The translations under genes and the position numbers were made by a program. Below are positions 13,301-27,403 of a DNA stretch of 64,000 bases, piece after piece. The notes beneath the pieces were generated by a model. The model was not told the origin of the DNA. It saw only the letters and a program-made list of their open reading frames with translations, and ran no database searches. Source of the stretch: Felis catus (taxonomy: Eukaryota); assembly GCF_018350175.1 (NCBI RefSeq), contig NC_058368.1, forward strand, positions 182,468,001 through 182,532,000, in the 5' to 3' direction. How positions within the stretch are numbered: position 1 is the stretch's first letter; each line of letters opens with the position of its first letter.

Positions 13301-14259
13301 TAATTGTTATCTGATGGCATTATTATAACCTAAACACAATGGAGAAACCACCATCTTTCCGTCATGCTTATGGATATTTTATGCTGTGAATTTAGCTGAG
13401 AATCAGGCTAAAGTATGGTGTTAATTATCTCCCCCCTCCACACTTTTGACAGAGCTATCAGTGGTATAAAATGTCACTTGAAAATTCTTTCTTGGTCAAA
13501 GTAGAATGCATGAATTTGGATCTTCACCGAAGAGAAATGGGGAGGAAAATTCCTTTGTGTGACATGATTATCAAGATGTTCTGACATTTGAGATAAAATG
13601 AAGTATTTTCACTAAAAATTTAACTGTCATCAGACTCAGTACCTATGGGATATGTGCAATTCAATACTAGCAATTCAATATTAATTTATAGTCTTTACAT
13701 AATATAAATCAAACCTTTTGCATTTACTCCTCTCATCTAACAGCTTGTTTTCTGGGTGCCTGGGAGTAACTGAATAAAAACATAACTTTTATTTTTAGTT
13801 TTTGTTGATGGATATGTTTTGATAGGATAAAAATACTGTTGATATTCTGAAATTATACAACAGGCATTTGCAAAATCCATTGCATTTTATATTCCTCCCT
13901 GTAAATGAATTGATGTATTAGCTGCATAAAGGAAAAGGTGTTTAAGTGTTGACGTCAAAAATTATTTAAGATGAAAGATCATAAATAATCATCATTCTTC
14001 TAGGAAATTAATATATGTTATCCCCATTTATTTTTATTATTTTTACTATAATTATTAATTTTTCTGCCATTTATTCTTTTCTTTCCATAATGACTCAGTC
14101 TGTACCCTCCAAGCCACATGGAATTAAGAACCGAGTAGTGCAACACCATTTTAGTTTTATGTAAGATGTCATTATTTAAACAAATATTATAGTAATTAGT
14201 ATTATAAGATAAAAATTATTTGATCACCTCTCCATTAACTGAAATATAGAAATAAAAGA

Positions 14260-14885
14260 AGGGAAAGATAATGAGTTTATTTTTGAACATATTGTGTTTT
14301 ACATACCTACTTAAATATCAGCCATCTGGAGATACTCAACACGCTGAGATATAAATCTGGACCACATTATAATGGCATGTACTAAATATGTAAGAACTAT
14401 CAGCAGAGGAGACAGTTGAAACCATAGATATAAGTTACAATACTACTTCTCAAGCTTTAATATGTGTATATAGGAATCACCTGGGGATCTTGTTAAAATG
14501 CAGATTTGATGTAGTGGGTCAGTTGTAGAGGTTCTGCAAGTCTAAAGAGCTCACAGATGCTGGTGCAGCAGGTTGACAGATCACACTGTGAGTAGCAAGA
14601 ATTTGGACCACTGAGGGAAAAAAATTAGACTGGCTTCTTTTCCCCAAAAAGTAAAATTATAATAATAAAAAAGATCTTGGATAACACATCAGAAGAAAAT
14701 TCCAAAAGAAGCAGTTAAAATGACCAAAATAGATGAAGTAGTGAGAACAAAATGAACAAATAAGGAAAACAACAACTAAGATGAATAAATTTTCAAGAAG
14801 TGGGTGGTCAAACCAGACCAAATGATGTGAAAAACTAAGCCATAAAAGAAATGAAAAGCCCATATATTTAATAATTAAAAGATCA
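14260..14885 (-). mobile_element. L2 fragment interrupted by MER5A and L1
   Basis: gatgaatgagtttattttttgaacatattg-like start, gacagttgaaaccatag, tttcaagaagtgggtggtcaa; appears to resume near 16100. Confidence 0.55.
14441..14600. mobile_element. MER5A DNA transposon
   Basis: acttctcaagcttt..gaatcacctggggatcttgttaaaatgcagatt..cacactgtgagtagca. Confidence 0.85.
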
Positions 14886-14887
14886 TT

Positions 14888-15205
14888 AGTTATTTATATA
14901 TTCTTCCTACAAGAACATGTCAGATATATGCATTGTGAATATTTTCTCTCAGTCTGTGGTTTGCCTATTCATTTTCTTAATGGTGACTATTGATGAGCAT
15001 AAGGTTTTAATTTTTATGAAATCTAATATAGCAATATTTTATTATATGGATAGTTCTTTCTCTGTCCCTTCTAAGAAATCTCTGCCTATGTTGTGAAGCT
15101 CCTTCCCTAAGTTTTCTTCCAAAAGTTTGCAGTTTGGGGAACTTGGATGTTTCACTTTACACTCCATTGTGGTTTAATTTATCTATGTGGTATGAGGTAG
15201 GGGTT
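14888..15205 (-). mobile_element. Inverted 5' segment of an L1M (ORF2 3' part)
   Basis: gaatattttctctcagtctgtggtttgcctattcattttcttaatgg..gtggtatgaggtaggg is antisense L1 ORF2. Confidence 0.85.
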
Positions 15206-15216
15206 TCCTACAAGCA

Positions 15217-15260
<44 letters not shown>

Positions 15261-16098
15261 GTCAACTCAATAAAAATGGGAAACTACTTGAATAAACATC
15301 TCACAATTGAACAATAAAATCAAGAAAAAAGGGCTCAACATCCTTAGTCATTAGGAAAATGCCAATTAAAATCACATGGAGATATTATACCTACATGCTA
15401 GAAGAGTCAAAATTACAAAGACTGAAAATGCCTAATGTTGGTAAGTATATGGAGTAAGTAGGCTTTTATTCATTGTTGGTAGGAATGTAAAATGTACATG
15501 TACTTGGAAAATTGGAGGTTTCTCATAAAATTAAACATAGATTTACCCTATGAATTGGCAATCCTGCTTCTAGGCATTTAACCAAGAGAAATGAAAACAT
15601 GTTCACAAATAAATGTGCAAGAATGCTCAAAACAACTTTACTCATAATGGGCCCAAACTGGAAACAATCCAAATATACAAAAACAAGGGAATGGATTTTG
15701 AGGTATGCTCATTTGATAAAAAGAACCTAATAGTAAAACAGAATGAACTTCTGCTGCCACTTTAATTCCAAAATATTTTTAAATGAAAGAAACCAGATAC
15801 AAAAGAGTACACACTGTATGATCCCATTTATTTTAAGTTCTATAACAGGAAAAAGTAATCTATAGTGAAAGAAATTAAAATTCATTGTTTATCCCCCCAG
15901 AGAGAATAACCATTCTGATTTATTTCATTGCATCTGTAAGGTGGAATAGCGAATGTTCTGGAATTATGCACGTTTACTATATCTATATAGATCTGTGATT
16001 TATATATTGTACATATTTTTAAAAAATATTTAGATGTCTCTGCTTTTTCACTCAAATAAATTATATCTCAATTTAGGAAAAATAAAAGGCAAAAAAAG
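15206..16098 (+). mobile_element. L1M 3' segment (ORF2 end plus 3'UTR) containing an (AAT)n repeat
   Basis: gctcaacatccttagtcattaggaaaatgccaattaaaatcac, ccaagagaaatgaaaacatg, aaatgaaagaaaccagatacaaaagagtac; A-rich end. Confidence 0.88.
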
Positions 16099-16913
16099 GA
16101 ATCACTAATTGTATTTGCAAGAGATATTTCAGTTGAGTGATAGGGCAGACCTCTATACCAGGGACTAAAGGAATGTATTGCAAATAGGAAATTCAGACCC
16201 TTTTCCTGAGAATTTTAGTTTTGAAAGGAGAAAGACTCTACAGTTACATGTAATGAGACATGGTAGTTTTATTGTTACAGTTAAATTTAGGAAAGATCTG
16301 ATGAACTTTTTAATTATGAGACAGAAGTAATAAACAGGATGGAGAAACAAGAAGAATGAGACCAAGAAAGATCTAAAAATTGATAGTAGTGCTTGCGAAT
16401 AAGTTTCGATCACCCTAGGCCTTTGACATTTGAATCTCTATCAGTTGAAGCAAAACATACTTTGGACCCTTACATTCTGTTTAGCCTTTTTTCTTTCCTT
16501 ATATTAATTCTAGCCTACATTATTACAGTTAAAAGTTAAATGTATATCTGCTTAAAATCATTTTAGGATTTTAGAAAATCATGTGCAAATAGAGCATTAA
16601 AAAAATGTGTTGTGTTCTCCATTCCTATTTGTTTATTTGGTGAACCACTTGTTAGGAGTTGAGAAGACAAGAAGAAAAATTGTTATTCAAGCTCAAGGAA
16701 CAAAGATATCATGCAAGCTTACATTTAGTAAGAAAAGAAGCTACTTAAATGTCCTTGGCATTTTGCTCTCCTGTTCTTAAACTAGTAGTCTCATTTCCTT
16801 TAGGATTTTCATAATAATCGCATAGCAGAAGTTTCCCATGCCAGGTGGTTTTCATCTCCTCCAATCTGAAACAAAAGGTGCTCTAGTATTGTATTTTAAA
16901 ATAAAATATCACC

Positions 16914-17127
16914 AGGGCGCCTGGGTGTCTCAGTCGGTTGAGTGTCCAACTTCAGCTCAGGTCATGATCTCACACTCTGTGAGTTTGAGCCCGCATTGGG
17001 CTCTGTGCTGACAGCTCAGAGCCTGGAGCCCGCTTCAGATTCTGTGTCTCCCCCTCTCTCTGTCCCTCCCCTGCTCATGCTCTGTCTCACTCTGTCCCAA
17101 AAATAAATAAAAACATTTAAAAAATTT
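16914..17127 (+). mobile_element. Felid Can-SINE
   Basis: gggcgcctgggtgtctcagtcggttgag head; TSD aaata(a)aatatcacc on both sides. Confidence 0.96.
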
Positions 17128-17751
17128 AAAATAAATATCACCTAAAATAATTCACAATCAAGAATTTTTTGAAGGCTCCTTGGATAAAGAGATAGCTTGG
17201 GTGTGACAAAGACACAAAAAATAGAAAGATAAGGGATCTTTGCATAGTAAGAAACACCTGTGATATTGCTACATTTGGGATAGACAATAGGAAAGCTACT
17301 TAAGGTCTTCATTTAGCTACAATTTATTTGGATATGAAACTGGTGAATTTAGGCTGCCATAGCTACTTTGGGGCCTTCTGTAATGAAGCTAAGATATTTG
17401 CAAATATTTTCTAGAAGCTCAAACTTTATTACATGGTCTATTTACCAGTTTTACTCTGTTCTTTCATGGGGGCTGAGTGGATTCATAATATTGTTTCTAA
17501 TCTCTTAATATTTAATCTAGAATTTTAGATATTAAATCTATTATACTTGACACAATGTCATTTTATTCATCCTAATCTACTGATTCATATAGTGAATTTC
17601 AGCAGAATGCAAGCTGTACACAGAAAATGATATATGGGATCACAGAAATACAAAAGAAATAAGTGTTCTCTAACCTTCATAAAAATACAGGAGGATTCCC
17701 TGACGGGGGTGTTTTTTTTTGAGCATGGAAATCTGGATTTTGAAAGGCATT

Positions 17752-17972
17752 TATGCATAGTGCTTACAGCACTGACTTTGAAGCCAGACTATCTGTTTTC
17801 AGAAGCTACTTAGTCTCTGCCTCAATTTGTTCATCTGTGGAATGGAATTTGTAGCAATTATAACACTTACCTCACAGAGCTGCTGTGAGGAATCAAGGAG
17901 AGAATGTAAGCAATGTTGAGAATAGTACCTTGCTATAGTAGGCACTCAATTAATATTGACCATTATTATTAG
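17752..17972 (+). mobile_element. MIR
   Basis: gcatagtgcttacagcactgactttgaagccagact..tctctgcctcaatttgttcatctgt..acctcacagagctgctgtgagga..aggcactcaattaat. Confidence 0.85.
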
Positions 17973-20900
17973 AGTGAAAATACACACCTTCTTGCTTCCA
18001 GTAATTGCTCTACCTTGTTGTATACATGCATATATAATACACAGAACAGAACAATGGATTTACATTCCAAAATATGTTTGAGTCCACACAGCCACTGCTC
18101 TGGATTCATGACCTTTCCGCATATAATTTTAACTAAATGTCACTATATCTTCTTTAATAACCAATTTAGAGTTCATTTATCAAATGCCTGCCAGAATTTC
18201 TGTATGGTCCAATTAAATTTTCAAATTTTGAAGCACATACCACACATACCCATCCCTATCTGTTCTCCATGGATACTTTCAAACCTATCTTATTTCCTGA
18301 GATACTAGATACTATTTCTTTATTAAAAACCTTCGTTCCTATTTTCTTCTTTATAATATGGCTATACTCATTATTTCCAGGAGCTCCCCAGTTCTCCATT
18401 CGCTGCAGAGATATCCTGCCCTGAAATCTTTAATTACTGATCATACCATCCTCCTAATCTCCTTTCCTCCTTGGTCTATTCACCCAAAGTTGATTTGTGT
18501 CTTCTGTCAAAGTCCCTATAGATGAAACTGCTTCTCAATTAATGTGCGTCCTCTACCCCACCCACTGATTTATTAAAAAAAAAAAAAAAACAAGAAAAAA
18601 TCCCTCCTATTCTACAAAGAATGCCACTTAGAAAGGTTGTTAATCACCACATGCTTGTTCTGAATTGTATTGTTCTGCATTGTGTCATGCTGCTCGATTG
18701 TAAGCTCCACAGGGCAGAGTCTTTGTTTGCCATGCCCTGACTATTGTTCAGTGCAGTGCACATTGATGGCACTATAGAAAAAACAAACAATGGCTTTTTC
18801 CACAATTTTCCATTTTAATTGTCAAATGGGATGGTATAAAAGCACAATTCACACAAGAAGTTGAGTACACAGCCTCTGAAATTGCTAAAATAAACCACGT
18901 GAGCTTACAGGCTAAGTCTGTCTTTTTAAAGAATAACTCAACACTGTCCATTTGCCATTATTTCTCCCTAAAAATTACCTGAAATTCAAATGTGTCTATT
19001 TAAATGATTGCAGATACCCTTAATTCATTTGACTTAGAGGAGAACTCTCTGGGTGTTGAATCTAGTATCTTAAAATGCCTGGCACTGCCATAATTATAGT
19101 GATTAAAAGCAGTATCTGTTAAAGGCTTTTCACAAGCTGACTCTATGCAAGGTGCCATTCCCCAGTGAAGTTCTCAATTAGCACCATGGACAGCAGTCGA
19201 CAATTTTTTTTTTTTTAACCTTTTTTTTTTTTTTTTTGAGGAAGTGATTAAAAAAAAAAAATATCTTGCCAAAGCACACTTTGTCTTATCTCTAGGAATT
19301 TCATGCATGGCAAGCACAGCAGTTCAGTCAGTTGCCAAGTATTTTAACTGCTTCTGCCTGACGTTAGATCCTAAAGCACATCTTAGTTGGAATTGTTTCA
19401 TTGCACCTTTGGATTCAATATCTTACTAAATAGAATGTTGATTGAATGGTCAAAGTTCTAAACAGACTCTAAGAAATAACAATATTATGGAAGACAGATG
19501 TGTAAATACCATAAATATAAAAGCATATTGCAAGAAAATTGTCTTATAAATAGATACCACACACGTCTAAATGTATAGCTTCCCCCCAAAATAAATTCAT
19601 AATGATATATTCTAGAAATTGTTATAGAGGTTTAAATGATAAGTATTAGCCTTTGATCTTTAAAGGCAAAATTATATGGTACAAAGCTCCATTGGATTAT
19701 TTAGCTGCTGCCAAATACCTTCTTGTGGGCCTTGGGTCAATTGTTTTAGCATTCTGAACCTGTTTCTTTCTCAAATATAAAAGGAAGGAAGGGTCTAAAG
19801 TGGGTACTGTCTAAAATACATTTTTACTTCAACATTCATTCTATGTTTGCAGTTAAGGAGATGAGCTGGTTCATATTGTTTTCTGATTCATCTTTATATA
19901 TCTGAGAGATTAAGTTAGCTTGCTAAGAACAAAGTACATTTGCTTTGTTGTTTCTCTTGATACATATAACTCAAGGCTAATTTCCCTACTGCGTACCAAT
20001 GCATTAATACTAATACAGAAAAAGGATTCCTTGAGAAATTTGGATTGTTTGGTGTTTGGAAGGGGATAAGCAGTAAGTAAAAATGTTTGATACAAAGATT
20101 AAATTAGGTTTTAGAAGGCTCTTAGAACACTCTTTAAACATCTTTTTATAATATGGCCACAAGCCCCTGGAGGGTCAAATAAATTATTCTTAAGATCCTT
20201 TCATAAGATAATGGAGGCTAATTTGAAGAAGTAAATAGTAATTGCAATATTAAGCAGTTCAAACTACCTTTAAAAACTATTTCTGGAACTCCCCATGCTG
20301 ACAGATTTATTTGATGTTAAGTCCTTTTCCCTCATCTTTAAAAAAAAGCATTTTACATAATCCGGCATTACCTATTTTACATATGTGGCATTTTGCTTAG
20401 CATTAAAGTAGTTTATTTGGAGAAGATCTTTTACAGACTATTCTAGGGAACAGCCTGCTACCCTCTTCAAGTAGCAGCAAAAGATTCAGGGATGCTTGTT
20501 TAAATGTGGCTTCTCTTAACAGCTTGTTGAGATAGGGAGCAGAACAAGAATGTAAACATTATTAAAATAGTCTATAGTGCCAAATGCAAAAAAACAAATG
20601 CCAACAATTTTCCAAAAGTAGCATGGAATTGACAAAGAATGCATACTCCAGTATTTACACTCTTGCTTTACTACGACTTACCAAGGTTCATGCACCAGAC
20701 ACATGTTCTAATCAGTAAGCTCCGGCTGTACACCTTCTTTTCCCAACAGCTCTGCAGAGAAAACAACAGGTGTTTCCAGTCAAATAAACCAGTGGAACAC
20801 AGTCAGTAAAGACCCAGATGGGCCCAGTAACCCACAGATTTGCTTTCAGATTTTCTTTTAATAGTCTCCTTTGCTTTTCAGGTCTTTGGGACACATGCAC

Positions 20901-21844
20901 GCGCGCACGCACACACACACGCAGAGTTGTTTGTAAAAACCCATTTCCCATTGTTTAACAGAATTCAACAGTGTTCCCAACCTGACAACAAAGGCTTAAG
21001 GTAAAAAAGAATGTAACAGAAACATTTTGTGGCTCCCATAAAAAGGGTATAAACAAGGATTTCTGATAATGCCAAGTACTTTAAATGGAACCACCCTGCC
21101 CTTTGTAAAACACTAGCTGCTCTATGCTTGTACATGAATGGAGTTCAAATGCAGAGCTGAGACAATAGCTTAGTCCTTGGGATCCTCTTTTGAATACGGT
21201 GTACAAGAGCAGAGTGAGGAGGGTAGAAGCTATTTCTGCTAGGCATGAATTTTAATCTGTACCCTCTGGCCTCTTGGAGGTCTGAAGGTTTTGTATGGAC
21301 GAGGCAGGAATTTACCCATGCCCTGAAAAAAAAAGATGATGTTATAGGCTGTTTTCCTTGGCAACAAGATATGTATGTGGTCCCTCCAAGGAGACTAACC
21401 CTGCCTGACAGCTGGTGAGTCTCGTGTTACTTGAATTGGTTTTCTCGCAGTTAATTCAGTTCCAGGCATTAATTGACAGTGGCTGGACGTGACAGAGCTA
21501 TTTTAGTTTTTGCTTTTTTACTATAGAATCTGGAAGATAAAAGGAAATTCCTGAGGTTGCAGGTTACAAGTTTGGATAGCTCATTATGAAATCTCCATTG
21601 AGATATAGGAAATCTTGTTCTCTGCAATTTTTTATATCACTACCTCATTTTTAATACTAAAGTCTTGGCTGTTCTAATTTGCCACATGCTTATCCATCAT
21701 ATCCCTCTGTCAATTGTGGAAATATTGTTATCTAGTGAAAATACCTTAAACAGATTTTAATCTCCTAGAAGTTAAGTTAGATCTACCATATTTCTGGACA
21801 CATAGCTGACATGTCGAATGAATAAATAAATAAAGATAATGCAA

Positions 21845-22020
21845 ATAATACCAATGACAAATATTTTTGAAAACTTACTATGTGCCAGATACTACTGCAT
21901 ATCTTATTTGCATCATTTTATCTAAACCTCAAAACAATCCTATAGGTTAAATATTGTTTCACAAAAAAATAACAGAATAAGTAATTTGTTCAAGATCTTA
22001 TATCAGTAAGTAGACAGAAA
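21845..22020 (-). mobile_element. MIR
   Basis: acttactatgtgccagatact..cctcaaaacaatcctatagg..aagtaatttgttcaagatc. Confidence 0.75.
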
Positions 22021-23334
22021 ACTAATCATGCCCTACTACATAATCATTTGGAATGCCTTATAAAGGACTTATAACTAATAAAACTTATGTGAGTGTGTAG
22101 ATGGAATATAGTATGTTAACATGTGTAGATGGAAGATATTTTAGCATTTTATTTTATAGCACAAGGTTCAATAGATGAGAAAAATACAGAATAATAGTTA
22201 TACAATTCTCAAACATATATATGTAACTTTACATGTGCCCGTATTCATGCATGCAGATTATAAGCACAACTTCCCTCTTATTGGTGAAACTGAAATTGAT
22301 TGTTTTTGTTTTGTTTGTCTCTATTTTATTTCTCAAATTTATACTTCAAAAAATTTTAATTTTATATTAACTACTTTTAAAAACATTTAGAAAATTAGAG
22401 CTCTGAAATCAGTAATTAATAGAGTATAATATGGGCAGGACTTGATGAAGGAAGACAACTGAGCTATTGTGAAGAATTTGTCAGATTTAGGCAAATGGAG
22501 AAGATGGATAAAGGCATTTAGAAAGAGGAGAAAATCTTTCAGCAAAGCCAGAGGCAAGAAAATAACAGAGCATGTTCCAAGGATAGCACAGGCCAATTTT
22601 CCCTGCCAGATACATGTCAGTATATAAAAAAGAATGAGCCATATGAGGAGAGGTATCCCCACATCGCAATCTTCAGAATGATTATATTCAGCCTTTTCCA
22701 TATCATTCCCATAAAGAAGTATGGACATACATGAAGCTACACTAAAAACTACTTCTGAATTCATTTTCAAAATAGCATGTCAGTCACTTCAGTCAAGATC
22801 TACCATTACCTTCTGCCTTTTTTTTTCAATTCTTACATGGCACAAAGGTCCTAATAATTTAGACATATAAGCCAAGCTGCATGAGGGTGTCAAAGACTTC
22901 AGTAACAATACTGTCCCTAGTAAAACTGGCCTCACAGTAGTTCCAACTTTCTAGTGTCATGATGAGAAATACAAAGATTATTGCATGTCAAAGATTAGCA
23001 CAATGCCAGGCACATTCCATAAATGACGGTTATTAATTATAGTTCTGTACGTAACTAATGGGAATAATCGTTGCCAAAAGCGCTTGGTGGGGTGTTGAAA
23101 GCCCTCTTGCAGGAGAATATTTTCCCTGCCACATTCATATAATCTACATACAACCTACAATTTCTCCCATTAGTCATCCTCTTGACATAACAAACAAAGG
23201 TTCCTGCTTTGATGCAATAGGCTTATGTAAGAAACAGAAAAGAAGAAAGGAATTAAACATTCACCAACAAACTGACATTTCCCCAAGCACTGTGCTAAGG
23301 ACTTTATACACAAATCTGTATATAGGCCTGCCCC

Positions 23335-23360
23335 CTTCTTTCTCTCTTTCTCTCACTCTC

Positions 23361-23426
<66 letters not shown>
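23335..23426. repeat. (CT)n microsatellite
   Basis: Long CT tract, directly visible. Confidence 0.95.
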
Positions 23427-23819
23427 ACATACACACGATTTCTGTTTTTATTATTAAAAAAAAGAAAATAAGGGCTCAAAAGAATACCTTATTTGCTCAT
23501 AATTGTTTGGTTGAACATGGGAAAAATGGAATTCCAACCTACTTTCCTATGATTCTGAAATCCCTGGTCTTTCCATGACAAGTCCTGCTTCATTAGAAAA
23601 AAGTCAGAATTATATGGTGTAGTAGCAACAGCACAAGAAAGCATGAGTTCCGATCCCACTAACCATCTCTTTACCCTTGGCCAGATCATTTAATCCTCTG
23701 TAGGTATGCATATTGACTGTTAAAGGATGGGATTAAATTCTGTCAGTGTTTCAGGACCTTTTCTCTTCTAAAATCTATCCAGTCTAATTATTTAATGCCA
23801 CTGACAATGGACGATTTTA

Positions 23820-24010
23820 ATAAGAGCTAAGGCTTATACAGTCCTTAAGTATGTATCAGGAGCTGTTCTAAGCACTTTACATATATTAGCTCACTGAATT
23901 CTCCCAATAACCTATGACAGTGTTATTATTATTAGATACTATTATTACTGACATTTTACATAGGAAGAAATTGAGGCACACAGATGTTAAACAACATGTC
24001 TAAGGTCGTA
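23820..24010 (-). mobile_element. MIR
   Basis: ctgttctaagcactttacatatattagctca..gaaattgaggcacacagatgttaa..taaggtc. Confidence 0.8.
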
Positions 24011-24395
24011 TAAAAGACAAAAGAAGGTCCTTAACCCAAGAACTGTAGATCTGTTCTGTGACTTTAATAGTTATTCAGTCATCAGATCTTCAGGTCAGGA
24101 TCTTCTGAGAAAAGGAAAGAAAAAAGAACATGTTTTGATTTATAACAGTAAAGATCTGCTTGAAGGTAAGCAACTTTGTGAACTCAGAAAAGAATCGTGA
24201 GGTTACTAAGCAGATGAAATAGAAGGGGTCACAGAGAAGGGAAAAGGACTAAAATGAGAGCAGTTATCATGGACTTCCTAAATTTGTACAGTCAGAATTA
24301 GTTCTATGGTTTTAGCTAGCTTGGAATCCAGTCCCTATCTTTAGGTCACATCACTCAGATTTTTCATGAAAAACTATCTTTCAAATTCTCAAAGG

Positions 24396-24535
24396 CAGTG
24401 GTTCTCCAAAAAACTTGTTATAACTGCAACCTTGACCTGCTGAATGAGACACACTTTGCAGAGTACGAGCCAGCATCTGCGTACTAACAGGCCCTCCAAA
24501 GGAGTCTAATGTGTGCAAAAATCTGAGAACCACTG
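24396..24535. mobile_element. MER5A-like element with intact terminal inverted repeats
   Basis: Perfect TIR pair cagtggttctc (24396) and gagaaccactg (ending 24535). Confidence 0.85.
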
Positions 24536-24999
24536 GTTTAAGGCCTGTGGTTTGGATACACTTAACATAGATATGACTTTTGAAGTGGACTTTTTAATCA
24601 GGTATGGACAATCAAAACATTGCCAACCTGTGAGTAAAGTGTTTGATTTACCCAAATAAAATCCATGAGACACAATTCTGAGATTTTTATTGGAAATGTT
24701 GAGAGAACAACATGTGAGATCGAGATTGGAACTGTTTGTTACTAATAGAGGAGAGCCTGCCTGAAAATGGCGTCAACACAGAGAAGTGTAGAGGACACTG
24801 AGTTGGGTCTTCTGCTACTATCTCTCTGCGTCTCTGAAATGTGGGCAACACAAAACATCTATCATGTGTTATTTATTCATGTTGTTTCTGGGCTTGCAAT
24901 GCTTTTCCCACTTATTTACTTTCCTCAGGAAGAATTAACCATGTCCTGTTCTCATTCACACATCAATCTTTTCTTACACTGTAGATAGCCCTAATTACC

Positions 25000-25270
25000 C
25001 TCCATTATAGTTTGTTATTTTTGTGTTTCCTCCCCACACCTTTCAGAAGAGGATCTCCCTGAGGGTGGGGTGTGAAATTGCTGCTTATTTTTACATTTGT
25101 ATCCCCAGCACTCAGCATCATAATAGATGCTTAAAATATATTTGTTAAATAAATAACTTTCGTACATTCCTCATGGGATTATTGCAAGGATCAAATGAGG
25201 ATAAGACTTAGAATAGGCTTAGTAAAATATAAAACCCTGTACAAACATGAGTCATATTTATAATTATTGT
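25000..25270 (+). mobile_element. L2 3' end followed by a MIR fragment
   Basis: tgtatccccagcactcagca..atatttgttaaataaat; then cctcatgggattattgcaaggatcaaatgag. Confidence 0.6.
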
Positions 25271-25499
25271 TCTGTTCTTTTGTGGCCTCATCTTTTCCAC
25301 AAATGTATCATCACAAGGAATGACTGGGGAATAAGACTGGTAAACCCTCCAAATCTGTGATAAATTGATTAGAAAAATGGCTGCAATTCTTTTCTACTCC
25401 CTCTATGAAATCAGCACATAAACAGATAGAAAACTGACCACTGTCATAGGAATATAAGAAGAGAGGTTGAGGTTCCTTAAGTACTTATTATCTAGAGAT

Positions 25500-25800
25500 T
25501 TGACTCTGTCTGAGTGATTAAGTATAAGCATAGCACAAATAGAATGGGACTTTCAGGAAAAGGCAATAGCATGTGCAAAGGTACTGTGGCAGTAGCCACC
25601 TGGTGTGAGGGGGACTGGAGAAGTAGAAAAAGACAGTACTGGGCACGAGGCTATTTTAGGAAGTCGTATTTGTTTGTTTGTTTGTTTGTTCATTTGTTTG
25701 TTTTAACTAAGAGTAACGAGGAACCATGAAAGGATGTTCAGTAGAGGAATGACATTATTAGATTGGTATTTTGCAATATTACCCCAGCAATATTGTGGCC
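25500..25800 (-). mobile_element. L2 fragment
   Basis: ttcaggaaaaggcaatagcatgtgcaaaggtactgtgg..gaaccatgaaagga..gaatgacattattagatt. Confidence 0.7.
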
Positions 25801-25872
25801 TTTACATAGATATCCCACCCTTATATTTTGTTGTTTTTATTACATCTGAATTGTGAGGTTAAAAATGTACTA

Positions 25873-26213
25873 TAGTTAATCCTTGAACAACAGAGGTTTG
25901 AACTGTGTGACTCCACTCATGTGGATTCTTTACAATAAATATAGTACAGTAGTGTAAATGTGTCAATGTATTTTCTCTTCCTTGTGATTTACTTAATATT
26001 GTCTTTTGCTCTAGCTTACTTTATTGAAAGAATATAGTACATAATACATACAACAAATAAAATATGTGGTAATCGACTGTTTATGTTATCAGTAAGACTT
26101 CTGGTCAACAGTAGGCCATAGTAATTAAGTTTTGGTGGAGTCAAATTTATATAGGTATTTTTGATTGCATGGGAGGTGGTCTCTTTAGCCCCATTTTGCT
26201 CAAGGTTCAACTG
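25873..26213 (+). mobile_element. Tigger2-family (TcMar) non-autonomous DNA transposon
   Basis: TIR tagttaatccttgaacaa..gtttgaactg at the start and ttgctcaaggttcaactg at the end; TA dinucleotides on both flanks. Confidence 0.85.
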
Positions 26214-27279
26214 TAATTGTTTTTAAACTTTTAAAATTTATACTTATATTTCCTAACTTTCATTTGAGCTATGAAATTTGCTAAATACGAATACCTTTTT
26301 CATCTGGGACTCTTGTTACCTATGCATTGTGAAAAATAAAGTTTGAATTTAATAGATTCTAGAAATCATCATTTAAGGAAGTGCTTCATTCAAAATTAAA
26401 ATATACTCGTAAAAAATTAATATACACATATCTGATTTTTGCATACATTATTAGGATGTATTTACTAATTTCAAATGTTTATATTTAAAATGAATTTGGA
26501 ATGCTTAAGTAAATTAACACGAATCACTTGTAATTTTTTTAAATTATAAACCTGCCAAATTTTACACATAAAACACTACAGAAGCATTTGTTCTTATTCA
26601 ATCTTGAAATTACAAATTATAAATAACATGAGCACTCCCAGCCACTAGTATTACTTGGCAACTAATTAAGGTACTATTGCAATAAAAATAAATACAGAAG
26701 TCTCTAAGGAAATTGAGGAGATTGTATATAGAAGCTCATAGCACAATCAATAACATTTATTGACTATATAAGCCCTCATTTTAGTCTACATAATAGTTTC
26801 TTACATTAATGTTTTAGAGATTCTACATATTAAGCTAACTTTATGTTCTTTTAAAAAACTGGTTTTGCTTAATTTGGATGTTCTGGCAATATTCTTTGCA
26901 GATGTTTGACACTATCCCGCCTCAGTCACAGATTTGACACTCCCATATAATCTTCATGTTTCTCCACAGTACTTTAGAAATCCACGATTGCTATTGTCAG
27001 CTACAATTACCACCCACTGCAGAGGTTTGCTTAAGCTGATTAACTAGAGAAGGTATATATGTTCCAGCAGCTTTGAAAATAAGCAAACTCTATATGCAGT
27101 TCACCATATGATGTTTACTTTGTATTCCAGTATAAAGGAAGGAAGCAAAGGCAAAAGATACAGACAACCATGTAACAAAGAGCTTTAAAGACAGGAACTC
27201 ACAGTTGGCACCTAGTGCCAGAAACTGCCCCTATTCCAACTAGCCAGCATGCTGTATGTGAGGGGTTTCCAAATTCAAC

Positions 27280-27403
27280 TCTATTGATGTTAGCAGCATT
27301 CCTGGTCTCTACCCACTACCCCCAGTTGTGGCAAGCAATAATGTCTCCAGACATTGCCGGATGTCCTATGGAAAGCAAAATCATCCCAAGTTGAGAACCA
27401 TTG
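27280..27403 (+). mobile_element. MER20 3' half
   Basis: gatgttagcagcattcctggtctctacccacta..aatgtctccagacattgcc..gttgagaaccattg. Confidence 0.85.

Noticed and set aside
22094..22135. Short direct repeat tgtgtagatggaa twice (similar case near 10260-10302)
   Set aside because: A small local duplication; only two units and no larger structure.
23058..23479. ORFs with SLSLSL or ERERER runs (also near 5860-6246, 39136-39466, 47189-47545)
   Set aside because: Artefacts of (CT)n, (GA)n and (GAAA)n microsatellites.
24760..24780. YY1-like motif aaaatggcg at an ATG
   Set aside because: An isolated motif with no CpG island or other promoter evidence.
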